Shown here piece by piece: positions 27,824 to 36,211 of a stretch of 46,559 nucleotides of DNA (its first letter is position 1; the number at the start of each line of letters is the position of its first letter). This stretch comes from a virus (lineage: Duplodnaviria; Caudoviricetes). The DNA is taken from IMG/VR virus record IMGVR_UViG_3300022178_004311, positions 1 to 46,559 of that record; one strand, 5' to 3'. The position numbers and the translations under genes are program-made. The notes beneath the pieces were generated by a model. That model had not been told where the DNA came from. It ran no database searches and saw only the letters and a program-made list of their open reading frames with translations.

Positions 27824-27852
27824 ATTATATGATTATAACTCCATAAAGTCAA
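27824..27852 (-). promoter_or_regulatory. sigma70-type promoter TTGACT-N17-TATAAT
   Basis: Near-perfect consensus upstream of the primase-nrd operon. Confidence 0.8.
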
Positions 27853-28320
27853 CTACTTAGCCACATATTCGAGTACGTATGATCCTATAATTCCAGCCAC
27901 AGTAGCAGCCCCGACGACATACCACTTCCACATTTCAAGTTTGGTAAGACGTTCCGCCATTTCTTTGTGGTGTTCGTCATCCTTTTCTTTCATATCTTTA
28001 ATCGATTCGGCCATATCTTTCATAGATTGCCGGAGCTCACTTTCAAACTCGTCGCTCATTGTTCCGATCCTTTTGTGCAAGACTTCATACTGCTCTGTTG
28101 CTTCTTTGCGACGTTGTTCGATCAGACTAAATAATTTATCGTCGGTCTCTTCGTGATTGTTGAGTTTGCTTTCGTGAACTGCGATGACTTTATCCAAACT
28201 GTTTGCTACATTAGACAGCTTGTCTATAGCGGTGTCAAGTTTCGACATGAGAGCGGACATTGAGTCCACATCTCTCTTGAGTATTTGTACTTCTGTTGAT
28301 AAATTTTCTACAGTAGCCAT
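27853..28320 (-). CDS. coiled-coil protein with C-terminal TM helix (lysis region)
   Basis: Long heptad region, LAVHE-like motif, LEMWKWYVVGAATVAGII anchor. Confidence 0.7.
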   Translation of the reverse strand: MATVENLSTEVQILKRDVDSMSALMSKLDTAIDKLSNVANSLDKVIAVHESKLNNHEETDDKLFSLIEQRRKEATEQYEVLHKRIGTMSDEFESELRQSMKDMAESIKDMKEKDDEHHKEMAERLTKLEMWKWYVVGAATVAGIIGSYVLEYVAK

Positions 28321-28658
28321 TATTCTTTCTTACTAAAGGCTTCTTTGCCATAGAAGGCTGCTACGATAGCAGCTACTGATACAAAGTATGTGGGGGCCAT
28401 ATCACCTAGAGTACTTGCAGCCTGCTCTAGGCCTACAAGACTCGATAATACGACTGAGAAGGGGTATAGAAGCATGCCAAATAGGGCAAACCATGCCATG
28501 TTGCGCTGCGCGTCTCTCATAGCATCTTCGTCATCTAAACGCTTTCTCTTAGCGTCTAGCATCATTTCCATTTCTATCTTGTCGAGATGACCGTCGCCAT
28601 TGAGATCCGCTTTCTGCATCTCTGCGGTAGAGTCGACAGTAATTTTTTTATCGGTCAT
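28320..28658 (-). CDS. holin-like 2-TM protein with N-terminal EF-hand-like loop
   Basis: DLNGDGHLDKIE followed by two TM helices and a basic tail. Confidence 0.55.
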   Translation of the reverse strand: MTDKKITVDSTAEMQKADLNGDGHLDKIEMEMMLDAKRKRLDDEDAMRDAQRNMAWFALFGMLLYPFSVVLSSLVGLEQAASTLGDMAPTYFVSVAAIVAAFYGKEAFSKKE

Positions 28659-28672
28659 TCTACTCGATCCTA

Positions 28673-29068
28673 TTATTCTGCTTCTTCTGTATTTATTTCA
28701 TCAGAGTTTTTAGTGATCGCTTCTTCGTAATATTGCAGTAACATTTGTTGTTCGATAATATATCTTCTGAGTTCTTCTAAATTTACCGAGAGGTTCTCAT
28801 AATCTTTAACTGTAATAGCGTACCATACAGATACGCCCTGTCTTGTTACCAGCTTATCTTTGAATTCATCGTAGTTATCATCAGTAACAACATACCACTC
28901 GACACTCTTGAGTTTAACTGGAGTAGGAGCTGGCTGCATGGGTATAGGAGCTCGTTCAACAGGCGTTGAAAACACTTCTAGTCTCTGAACTTTATTGAGT
29001 GCAGAGCACGCTGTCATACTAATCAGTAGGATCAGTATCAGCAGGTGTCGTAAGTACTGTGAAATCAT
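28673..29068 (-). CDS. o-spanin-like lipoprotein
   Basis: Lipobox LISMTAC, Pro-rich linker, overlaps the upstream i-spanin-like gene. Confidence 0.65.
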   Translation of the reverse strand: MISQYLRHLLILILLISMTACSALNKVQRLEVFSTPVERAPIPMQPAPTPVKLKSVEWYVVTDDNYDEFKDKLVTRQGVSVWYAITVKDYENLSVNLEELRRYIIEQQMLLQYYEEAITKNSDEINTEEAE

Positions 29069-29414
29069 CGAATGCCTTTTGAGTGCCTCTATTTACTGTA
29101 CGCTCAATTAAACCTGGTTTACGTAGAGACAGTACAGTAAGGTCATGTTCGCTGAGTTTATTTTCGAGCTCGTCTTTTGCAGCTTCAGAAACTTGTAGAC
29201 GACGTTGAAGATCTTGATTGAGCTCGTTGTATCTTTTGTAGTCTGCTTGTAGCGTACCTATTGTCTGCTTCTGCGAATTAACTTCATTTTCGAGAACAGC
29301 ATTATTTGCTGTTAGATCTCTGATAGTTGCTTGTGTGGCCTGGAAGTACAGGTATCCCCCGCCTCCCATGGCACACATCAGTACAAACATCATAGCGCTA
29401 AACTTGAATCCCAT
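29019..29414 (-). CDS. i-spanin-like protein
   Basis: N-terminal TM helix followed by a long coiled coil; KPGLIE. Confidence 0.65.
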   Translation of the reverse strand: MGFKFSAMMFVLMCAMGGGGYLYFQATQATIRDLTANNAVLENEVNSQKQTIGTLQADYKRYNELNQDLQRRLQVSEAAKDELENKLSEHDLTVLSLRKPGLIERTVNRGTQKAFDDFTVLTTPADTDPTD

Positions 29415-29419
29415 GGTTG

Positions 29420-29427
29420 TATTTATA
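29420..29427 (-). promoter_or_regulatory. T4-type late promoter TATAAATA
   Basis: Exact match 5 nt before the i-spanin ATG. Confidence 0.7.
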
Positions 29428-30666
29428 CTACTCTACGTTCTTCCAAGTAAATGCTCCGAAGAACATTTCGTCTTCTGACATCTGTCCCCATGGTACTTCT
29501 CTGCTTGGATCAGGGTTCATCTTGTTGTCTACTGAGTTATCAAAAGCGCCTTCTACAAACAAACGAGTTCCTTTGGGTAAGGGCTTAGGCTCTCTCCAAG
29601 TATATGAAAGTTGCCAAGCATAGTCGTACACAGGAACATCAATCAACTCTTCACTGCTGCCGTCTGGGTAGAATGCAGTTGCTTTCATACTCTTACCACG
29701 GAAATGCATGTGCGGTAAGAATGTGTGCAAGTTAACATCGTTCTTTAATACTACTTCTGCTGTCTGTACAAAGTTAGGATCGTACGGCGGAATCGGTGTC
29801 CAAGTTTGCGGGAATATACAAGCACAATCGCCTGCCATTCTTTCTTCTGGTACTACACCTTCGTCATGGAAGTACAAACCAATTCGTGCGTTGTCTGTTC
29901 TAGCAGTGCCGTCTGGTGTATAGTGCAACTGTAGATTTACAACTGAACCTGCACGAAGTAATCCGCCAGTGTTCTCATCATAAAAGTCAGGATCACCACC
30001 TGGAACATAAGCAGAGACGCTTGCAAAGTTCATCTCTGCTTGTCCACCACCTTGTGCGCCTAGAATATTCATACTACCTCTACCAGGAAGTACTACTGAG
30101 TTTAGCATATGATGCATAACAGTAGGCTCTGAAGGCAAGTACTCTGATCCACGCAACCACTTATCTTCTGTTAAGCCAGTAGGGACACTGACATAACGAT
30201 AAGGAATTGCTGAAGGACCTGCAGGAATCTCCATAGGAGGTACTTCAATAATCATATCAGGCTCGCCGTGTACCCACTCTGAAGTAGAGTAAACAGTTTC
30301 TGTTAGTGGATCTCTGTCACCTTCTACAGGTGCTCCTGCATTGACCCACTCTACAATAGTTTCCATTTCTAAATCATTTAGTGTGCGATGATTTATAATA
30401 TCCTTTGCATACTTACGATCAATCTGTCCTGGTGGCATTCTCAAAGAAACAACAGCTTCTTTAATTGCAGGTGCAAATGCTTGAAGCATTCTGTAATCAG
30501 TCATTGCCCATGGTGCAATACCACCTTCTCTGTGACACGATTGACATTGCTCCACAAAGATAGGTGCTACATTTTCTGCATAGTCAATCTCTACTGCTTC
30601 TGCTCTCATGCCTAACATGAGAACGAGTATTGCAAATGTACTTACTGCTGCGTTTACTCTAGTCAT
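29428..30666 (-). CDS. secreted cytochrome c / copper type II (PHM/DBH-like) monooxygenase fusion, copy B
   Basis: Signal peptide ending AEA; CQSCH; MPP; VMHH...LQLHY; PHMHFRG; WQLSY; EDEM. Confidence 0.85.
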   Translation of the reverse strand: MTRVNAAVSTFAILVLMLGMRAEAVEIDYAENVAPIFVEQCQSCHREGGIAPWAMTDYRMLQAFAPAIKEAVVSLRMPPGQIDRKYAKDIINHRTLNDLEMETIVEWVNAGAPVEGDRDPLTETVYSTSEWVHGEPDMIIEVPPMEIPAGPSAIPYRYVSVPTGLTEDKWLRGSEYLPSEPTVMHHMLNSVVLPGRGSMNILGAQGGGQAEMNFASVSAYVPGGDPDFYDENTGGLLRAGSVVNLQLHYTPDGTARTDNARIGLYFHDEGVVPEERMAGDCACIFPQTWTPIPPYDPNFVQTAEVVLKNDVNLHTFLPHMHFRGKSMKATAFYPDGSSEELIDVPVYDYAWQLSYTWREPKPLPKGTRLFVEGAFDNSVDNKMNPDPSREVPWGQMSEDEMFFGAFTWKNVE

Positions 30667-31957
30667 TTCCGGCTATCATCCTCTCTGCTTGAAGTCTTTC
30701 AAATCCTTCATCATCTAAATGTGTAATTGCTAACCAGGCATGCGTCATTTCATCACCAGTTCTTGAACCGCCCATTACCCACATATCTGGATCTGGGTTA
30801 TTTGGATTTTCTGCTGTGTTATCGTACCACTGCTTTAAAATAATGATTGCGCCTGCTGGTAAGAGTGGTGCTACGTCTGGAGCATACAAATGACTGTGAT
30901 GCCATGTTGCACTCCAATTACTTACTTGACTAATCTGTTCTGTACGTCCTGTCTCTGGATAGAATATTTCCAAACTAGCTGCGTTCATACGCAAGTGTCC
31001 GTGTGGTTGAAAACTATCTAGTCTAACAGGATGATCAAAACTGTGGAAGCCTTGTGTCATGTAATAGCCGTTGGGTGGGATAGTTATATCGTCCTGGTCT
31101 CCTAGGCGATATAAACTCAAGTCTTGTTTGTATTTCAGTTGTTCGCTTTCCTCTTCGGTGTATAACCAAAGACCAATCTCCACTACGTTGTCTTTGATAA
31201 CTGAACCTGGTGCCATTGCTCCAAGTCCACCGGGGAACATATGAATGTCCCATCTGATTTCTGCGTTCCCCGGAAGCAGTCTGCATACTCCCTCTGGGAC
31301 GATCTCTCCCCACTTTCCCATGGCGTACTCAGTGAGCATGCCTTCATTGCCACCATCAGTGAGAACATTGGAGTTAGCGTGATGTACTACTGCTTTAGCA
31401 TCGCCTCGTGGCTTAACTTGTACTGCTTTAATGCAACGATCTTCAGTTAGACCTGTAGGTACTAGATGCTTATGCCATAGATCATTTCCGTTTGCCGGGA
31501 TATCGATAGCTACTGAAGGAATGATTGCGTCCGGCATACCGAAGTCGCCTTCGAAGCTCCAAGCTTCAGGGTCACCTAAGTCTGGCGCGGATACTAGTGT
31601 ATCGGGATCCCCATATGATGCACCACTGTTAACCCATGCTACTATAGTATCGATATCATCTTGTGCAAGGCGCCAATCACCTTGAAGGTCTTGGATACCA
31701 ATTCCATGATCATAAGCGTAAGGAGGCATTTCTCTGCTTGCTACTTTCATTTGAATAAGAGGAGCCCAAGGGCGCACTTGCTCATATGTTTCGAAACTCA
31801 TAGGACCAATGCCACCTGCTCTATGACATACTACACAATTTTCATTGATAATATCTGCCACTTCTGCTGTATATGTTTGCGCAAACACAGCTGTACCAAT
31901 CATGGCACCAACTACAAATGCAGTCAAGTGAAGTAAAATTTTAAACTTGTTCATCAT
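30659..31957 (-). CDS. secreted cytochrome c / copper type II (PHM/DBH-like) monooxygenase fusion, copy A
   Basis: Start re-called to MMNKF; signal peptide ending VFA; CVVCH; EMPP; VVHH...DIHM; PHGHLR; YDNT..NP.NPDP; DEM. Confidence 0.85.
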   Translation of the reverse strand: MMNKFKILLHLTAFVVGAMIGTAVFAQTYTAEVADIINENCVVCHRAGGIGPMSFETYEQVRPWAPLIQMKVASREMPPYAYDHGIGIQDLQGDWRLAQDDIDTIVAWVNSGASYGDPDTLVSAPDLGDPEAWSFEGDFGMPDAIIPSVAIDIPANGNDLWHKHLVPTGLTEDRCIKAVQVKPRGDAKAVVHHANSNVLTDGGNEGMLTEYAMGKWGEIVPEGVCRLLPGNAEIRWDIHMFPGGLGAMAPGSVIKDNVVEIGLWLYTEEESEQLKYKQDLSLYRLGDQDDITIPPNGYYMTQGFHSFDHPVRLDSFQPHGHLRMNAASLEIFYPETGRTEQISQVSNWSATWHHSHLYAPDVAPLLPAGAIIILKQWYDNTAENPNNPDPDMWVMGGSRTGDEMTHAWLAITHLDDEGFERLQAERMIAGND

Positions 31958-32279
31958 TGTTGCCCTCTTTGCTTGTAATTTGTTCTTTGAGATTTGATAT
32001 CTCTTTAAGGATTTCCGTTGCACCACCTGGTGCTACAGGAGGATGGGAGAATTCCTCTAACTTTTGTATTCTTTCAGCCAGTCTAGGGTATTGCTGTAGC
32101 CACTTGTCTTCTCTTTCTGCTATCTTTATGTCATATTTTGCAGCAAGGTAGCTCATCATCTTATCTACTTTAACTTGAAACCATACACCTACTTTAGTAT
32201 TTTTAAACCAAGCATAAAAACTAGATCCGATAATTGAACCTAGAATGGATTTTAATGTAAGTACGACAAGCCAAGGCAC
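31941..32279 (-). CDS. hypothetical membrane-anchored protein
   Basis: N-terminal hydrophobic segment; packed. Confidence 0.6.
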   Translation of the reverse strand: MPWLVVLTLKSILGSIIGSSFYAWFKNTKVGVWFQVKVDKMMSYLAAKYDIKIAEREDKWLQQYPRLAERIQKLEEFSHPPVAPGGATEILKEISNLKEQITSKEGNNDEQV

Positions 32280-32476
32280 TAGAAATATTTTCCTATCATT
32301 GCGAGTTTATCGCTGTATTCAGCCATTTGGCCAAGTTCACCCTCGATTGCTTCCATAATATCTGAATGCTCACCGATACCAGCAGGGTTAGTTAAATATA
32401 CTTCAACATTCATACGATGCTTCTGTATAAGGGCTTCAAAATGAAGTTTGCTTGCTTCAAGTAGTGCATCACGCAT
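32279..32476 (-). CDS. conserved phage hypothetical protein
   Basis: NVEVYL.NP.GIGEHSDI motif. Confidence 0.7.
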   Translation of the reverse strand: MRDALLEASKLHFEALIQKHRMNVEVYLTNPAGIGEHSDIMEAIEGELGQMAEYSDKLAMIGKYF

Positions 32477-33195
32477 TAATCATTATCCTCTAAATATTTA
32501 CAATATCGATCCATACCATGGTCGCGAACGCCATCGAAAAATTCTTTCTTCTTCCATGCAGCGAAACGACCTCGCCACGCATCCTTAAATCTTTGCCACC
32601 ATGTCAGCTTCCTTATATTACCATAGAAATTGATATAATGCAACGCTCCATGGTGTTTAAATCCTAAAATTACTGGAGGTACTTTGGGGACAATGTCGTT
32701 GTTATTAACACAACGGTAATGAGGTACTCTAAGCTCTTTAGATTTGGACCACGAAGCATTACGAGGACATCCATATGTGTAAAGTGCCACGGCCGACTGA
32801 TAGTGGTAAGCGAATATACTTGCGATTGCTGCTCCAAGACTATGACCTGTTATATAAACAGACCGTCTCTTTTTTTCTTGTAGCTTTGCAACTTCTTGAT
32901 GAACCCCTAGCTGTAGCTTCTCATATTCTTCCAAAAAGCCTTGGTGAAAACCGTTTCTGTGAAGAGCTTCAAGATCAGCTAGGACATCGCTAGCTTCTGA
33001 TGGCTCAGTGCCTCTAAAGGCTACCGTGATACGCTCTTTGTTGCTAAGAACGTACGCCTGTGCTCCCTCGATGTCGAAAAATCGCATGCTGGTGTATCCG
33101 AGATCTTTGAGCTGCGCGCGTACATCAGAATCCAAATCTTGATAGACGAGTCTTGAAATTATAGCGTGATGATGGAATTCGCACGAGATTGCCAT
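32476..33195 (-). CDS. lipase class 3 (alpha/beta hydrolase)
   Basis: VAFRGT, H.GF, TGHSLGAA nucleophile elbow, YTYG.PR, NNNDIVP.VP, DHGM..Y. Confidence 0.92.
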   Translation of the reverse strand: MAISCEFHHHAIISRLVYQDLDSDVRAQLKDLGYTSMRFFDIEGAQAYVLSNKERITVAFRGTEPSEASDVLADLEALHRNGFHQGFLEEYEKLQLGVHQEVAKLQEKKRRSVYITGHSLGAAIASIFAYHYQSAVALYTYGCPRNASWSKSKELRVPHYRCVNNNDIVPKVPPVILGFKHHGALHYINFYGNIRKLTWWQRFKDAWRGRFAAWKKKEFFDGVRDHGMDRYCKYLEDND

Positions 33196-33196
33196 T

Positions 33197-33646
33197 TTAC
33201 GCCATATCCTCTATTCTAACCATCAGTCTCTCTGCTCTGTGGCTGACTTGCTTGTGCCAGCGACTATCTCTTCCTTCAACAGCAGCGGTGGCCCAATCAT
33301 GGTCTTTGATAGCAGCATTAAATTTTTTGAAGCCTGACAATCTTGGACGACCCATGTTGAACATCATATTAACCAGTACTTGCTGGACCTCGTCTGGTAG
33401 GTCTCCAAACTCCCTTTCTCCGTATAGTACTTCACACTCGCTGATTGACGTGTCGAGGTCTTTTTCGAAGCACTCGCGGACTCTCTCTTCGCTAATTGGG
33501 GCTCCAAATGGCTCTCGGTATTCATCGTCGTCTTTTGTAATGAGGTGACCAACTCCGAAGGTAGGGTAGCCGAGATGATCCTTATAGATCTCATACACAA
33601 CCCCCTCGTCAATTTTCAATTGTCTATATACAGCTTCTCTATTCAT
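33197..33646 (-). CDS. T4-type lysozyme (GH24) endolysin
   Basis: LKIDEG...IYKDHLGYPTFGVGHL (E-D-T triad), NMMFNMG, DSRW.KQV..RA. Confidence 0.93.
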   Translation of the reverse strand: MNREAVYRQLKIDEGVVYEIYKDHLGYPTFGVGHLITKDDDEYREPFGAPISEERVRECFEKDLDTSISECEVLYGEREFGDLPDEVQQVLVNMMFNMGRPRLSGFKKFNAAIKDHDWATAAVEGRDSRWHKQVSHRAERLMVRIEDMA

Positions 33647-33656
33647 TTATAATATC

Positions 33657-34388
33657 CTACGATCTTCTACTTTCTTTAAAGTCATTAGCCACCAATAGTA
33701 GCTCAAATCCAGCTGATACAGCACTCGTGGCATTAGCTTTTGCTTGAACTTCTACATCGTGCTTTTCTGGTATTGCAATAGGTAGCTTGAAATTCTTTTC
33801 CGTAAAGCCACCTCTTGTTGTAAGAAAAGATTTTGTCTGCCAAGCAGATCCTGCTACTTCGCTTCTAACAACAAAAGATATCTCATGCTCGTTATCTTTT
33901 TTACATCCTGTATCAAGTTGGAGCAAGTAACCGGTATATCCAGCTGGTATAGTGTAGATGGCCATAAGCGTCTGGCCGCGAGTTTCGCTGATTATGGCGA
34001 CAGCGATAGAATTAACGGTTACTGTAACTGCGCCTATATTGACAGTGCCAGTGTTTGCCGTGAGCAACGTTGCTCTGAACACTCTTCTGAATAATATAGA
34101 GCCTGGTGCTCCCCCTATAGTGAGCGTCTCTGTAACCTGATTGTAGTTAGTATCTAGTCCCTCAACTTCTACAGTACCTCCGTTATCATCCCCATCATCA
34201 GATGTGATAGTCGCAACAGCAGGTGTAGAGGAGTATGTGTATACGTTAGAACCATCCCACACAGTTTCGAAACCATTGTTGGGTATAGCGGGATTGTATC
34301 CGAACTTACTTATCGGTATTGTACCTCTAACGAGGCCTCGGGCAATATTGATCCCTTCGCTATATTCTATATGCTTAAGGTATGCCAT
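33657..34388 (-). CDS. probable virion structural protein (beta-rich)
   Basis: KFGYN, ETVW, GQTLMAIYTIPAGYTGYL, IPEK.D; late region. Confidence 0.55.
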   Translation of the reverse strand: MAYLKHIEYSEGINIARGLVRGTIPISKFGYNPAIPNNGFETVWDGSNVYTYSSTPAVATITSDDGDDNGGTVEVEGLDTNYNQVTETLTIGGAPGSILFRRVFRATLLTANTGTVNIGAVTVTVNSIAVAIISETRGQTLMAIYTIPAGYTGYLLQLDTGCKKDNEHEISFVVRSEVAGSAWQTKSFLTTRGGFTEKNFKLPIAIPEKHDVEVQAKANATSAVSAGFELLLVANDFKESRRS

Positions 34389-34924
34389 TACTTAGATGCC
34401 GTATTAGCTGAGCTAGGATCTTTAAATCTTTTTATGTATCTTATAGCGTCTATCGGTCTACCTTTTACTCGTGGCCTTCCTTTCTGCTTCCAGTGCACAG
34501 GATCGTCACCAGTGCCTGCAACAGCAGGTCCGGTCGCCATAGCAGGGGCATCTTCGGTAAAGAGGTCTTTGTAGGTCTTATTCGTGTTCTCACATAGATA
34601 GTTGTATTCAACGAGGACACCTTCAAGCAGCTCTTGATCAGTCATCTCTTGTTGATTGTGGGCTTCTTTTATAAGAAATAAAGCGGCCGCGTAGTTGCCA
34701 GTCTTAGTGTCAAGACCGACTTTGGATAGTATTCTTTTGAGGTTGAAGATGAAGCGATCGAAGTACGTCATCGCTTTTTTTTCTTCGGAGGTGGAGGCTT
34801 TTTTTAGACGTTTACCTTTCTTGTCCAATAGACCAAGTTTGAAGGCATCTGTATCTTCAAAAGGTGTTGCCAGTCTTTTGATGATTTGATACAGTACAAA
34901 TAGATCTACAGTCGGTGATGCCAT
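34388..34924 (-). CDS. conserved T4-like hypothetical protein
   Basis: YQIIKRL.TPF..TDAFKLG..D..G pattern. Confidence 0.7.
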   Translation of the reverse strand: MASPTVDLFVLYQIIKRLATPFEDTDAFKLGLLDKKGKRLKKASTSEEKKAMTYFDRFIFNLKRILSKVGLDTKTGNYAAALFLIKEAHNQQEMTDQELLEGVLVEYNYLCENTNKTYKDLFTEDAPAMATGPAVAGTGDDPVHWKQKGRPRVKGRPIDAIRYIKRFKDPSSANTASK

Positions 34925-35310
34925 TATAGTAACCTTAGCGTTCTAAGAATATATATATCTGTCGGTACGCCTGAGCAATCTATATTCGTATCATTGACAC
35001 CATTGATTGTACGGGGCCAATAACCCATGTACTGTAGAAAGGGCTTCACAAGGTGCAGATACTCACCTAGCTTCAGCGCCAACATTCGCGTAAGAGCTTC
35101 ATGCTCAAATACATTATAAAGTACAACGAGGTGATTCAATATAAGTCGTTCTTTCAAATCACTATTGTCTTGATATCTTTTTAGAAGTCTTTTTATATAC
35201 TTTATTCTATCCAGATCTTGCTGAAATTCCAGCATATCTGTGCAGTTGGGATCATCATAATACTTGGCGGCAAAAAGAAGAAAGTTCTTCTCGGTCAGAT
35301 TATCTATCAT
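34924..35310 (-). CDS. conserved T4-like hypothetical protein
   Basis: NFLLFA.KYY..P.C, DL.RIKYIKRL, LILNH..LYNVF. Confidence 0.75.
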   Translation of the reverse strand: MIDNLTEKNFLLFAAKYYDDPNCTDMLEFQQDLDRIKYIKRLLKRYQDNSDLKERLILNHLVVLYNVFEHEALTRMLALKLGEYLHLVKPFLQYMGYWPRTINGVNDTNIDCSGVPTDIYILRTLRLL

Positions 35311-35335
35311 TAATATTAATACTCACATTCAATTA

Positions 35336-35716
35336 TTATGAAAATACTGAGAGTGCCACCCTTTTCACTTGTGTGTTTGATGTAGCTACATACAAGTAAT
35401 TTTGATCCCAGAAGATTGTTCCCTGTCCATCAGCTCGGCCAAGAACAGTCGTTGCATTGTTGCTGCCAACACTTGTGCTGGCAGTCAGGGTTATTTGACC
35501 TGCTGCAAGAGTTGTCTTAGCACCACTCAGTGATGTATTGCCTGATACTGTTGCAGTTCCGGTGATAGATGTATTAGCTGGAACAGAACCAAACATATCA
35601 TGTAGTGATACTTTCTTCGAGACCGGAGTACCAGAAGGATCATCTACTACATAAAGAAGATCCTTTCCAGTCGGTGCTGATAGAGCTGCGAGCTCTGTTA
35701 TCTTTCTGTCAGCCAT
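35336..35716 (-). CDS. probable virion structural protein
   Basis: MADRKITEL start, DLLYVVDDP, G.I.WD.NYLYV...KRVAL C-terminus. Confidence 0.65.
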   Translation of the reverse strand: MADRKITELAALSAPTGKDLLYVVDDPSGTPVSKKVSLHDMFGSVPANTSITGTATVSGNTSLSGAKTTLAAGQITLTASTSVGSNNATTVLGRADGQGTIFWDQNYLYVATSNTQVKRVALSVFS

Positions 35717-35735
35717 TGTCTATATCCTATTGTGC

Positions 35736-36206
35736 TTATGCGTCAGGTAGCTGGCCATCGTCAGCAGCATCGCCAGCAATTGTAGACATAGCTACAAGAA
35801 CTTCGCTCTTCTGACGGACATTACCGTTACCATCTGTGTAGCGATCGCCAATCTTCACCCAACCAGCGTGATGAGTGTTAGCTGTTGCAACGCCTTGCTC
35901 TGCTACTGATACACCAAATACCTCTGTAGCGAGAGTGTTAGTATCTGTATCAACAACGGATATTGGCTTTTCGCTCACCGTATACTCTTTACCAGTGCCA
36001 TCAGTCATTTCAGCAGTAGTAGTGATAGTCATCGAAGTTTCGTTAGTTATTACATTAACAACGCCGCTACCAAGATCAGCAACACTAATTACCATGCCTG
36101 ATGTTAAGTTGTTAGCGAAAAATGTATCCGTACCTGTGATGGTTACACCACTGACAGCAACTGTGCCAGGTGATGCTACATCGTCTTTATTTCCCCATGC
36201 AGACAT
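35736..36206 (-). CDS. probable virion structural protein
   Basis: MSAWG start, HAGWV, R.KSEVLVAM. Confidence 0.65.
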   Translation of the reverse strand: MSAWGNKDDVASPGTVAVSGVTITGTDTFFANNLTSGMVISVADLGSGVVNVITNETSMTITTTAEMTDGTGKEYTVSEKPISVVDTDTNTLATEVFGVSVAEQGVATANTHHAGWVKIGDRYTDGNGNVRQKSEVLVAMSTIAGDAADDGQLPDA

Positions 36207-36211
36207 TTTAG

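Noticed and set aside
33644-33651. TATAAATG as a late promoter for the lysozyme
   Set aside because: Imperfect match that includes the lysozyme ATG itself, so it could not transcribe that gene
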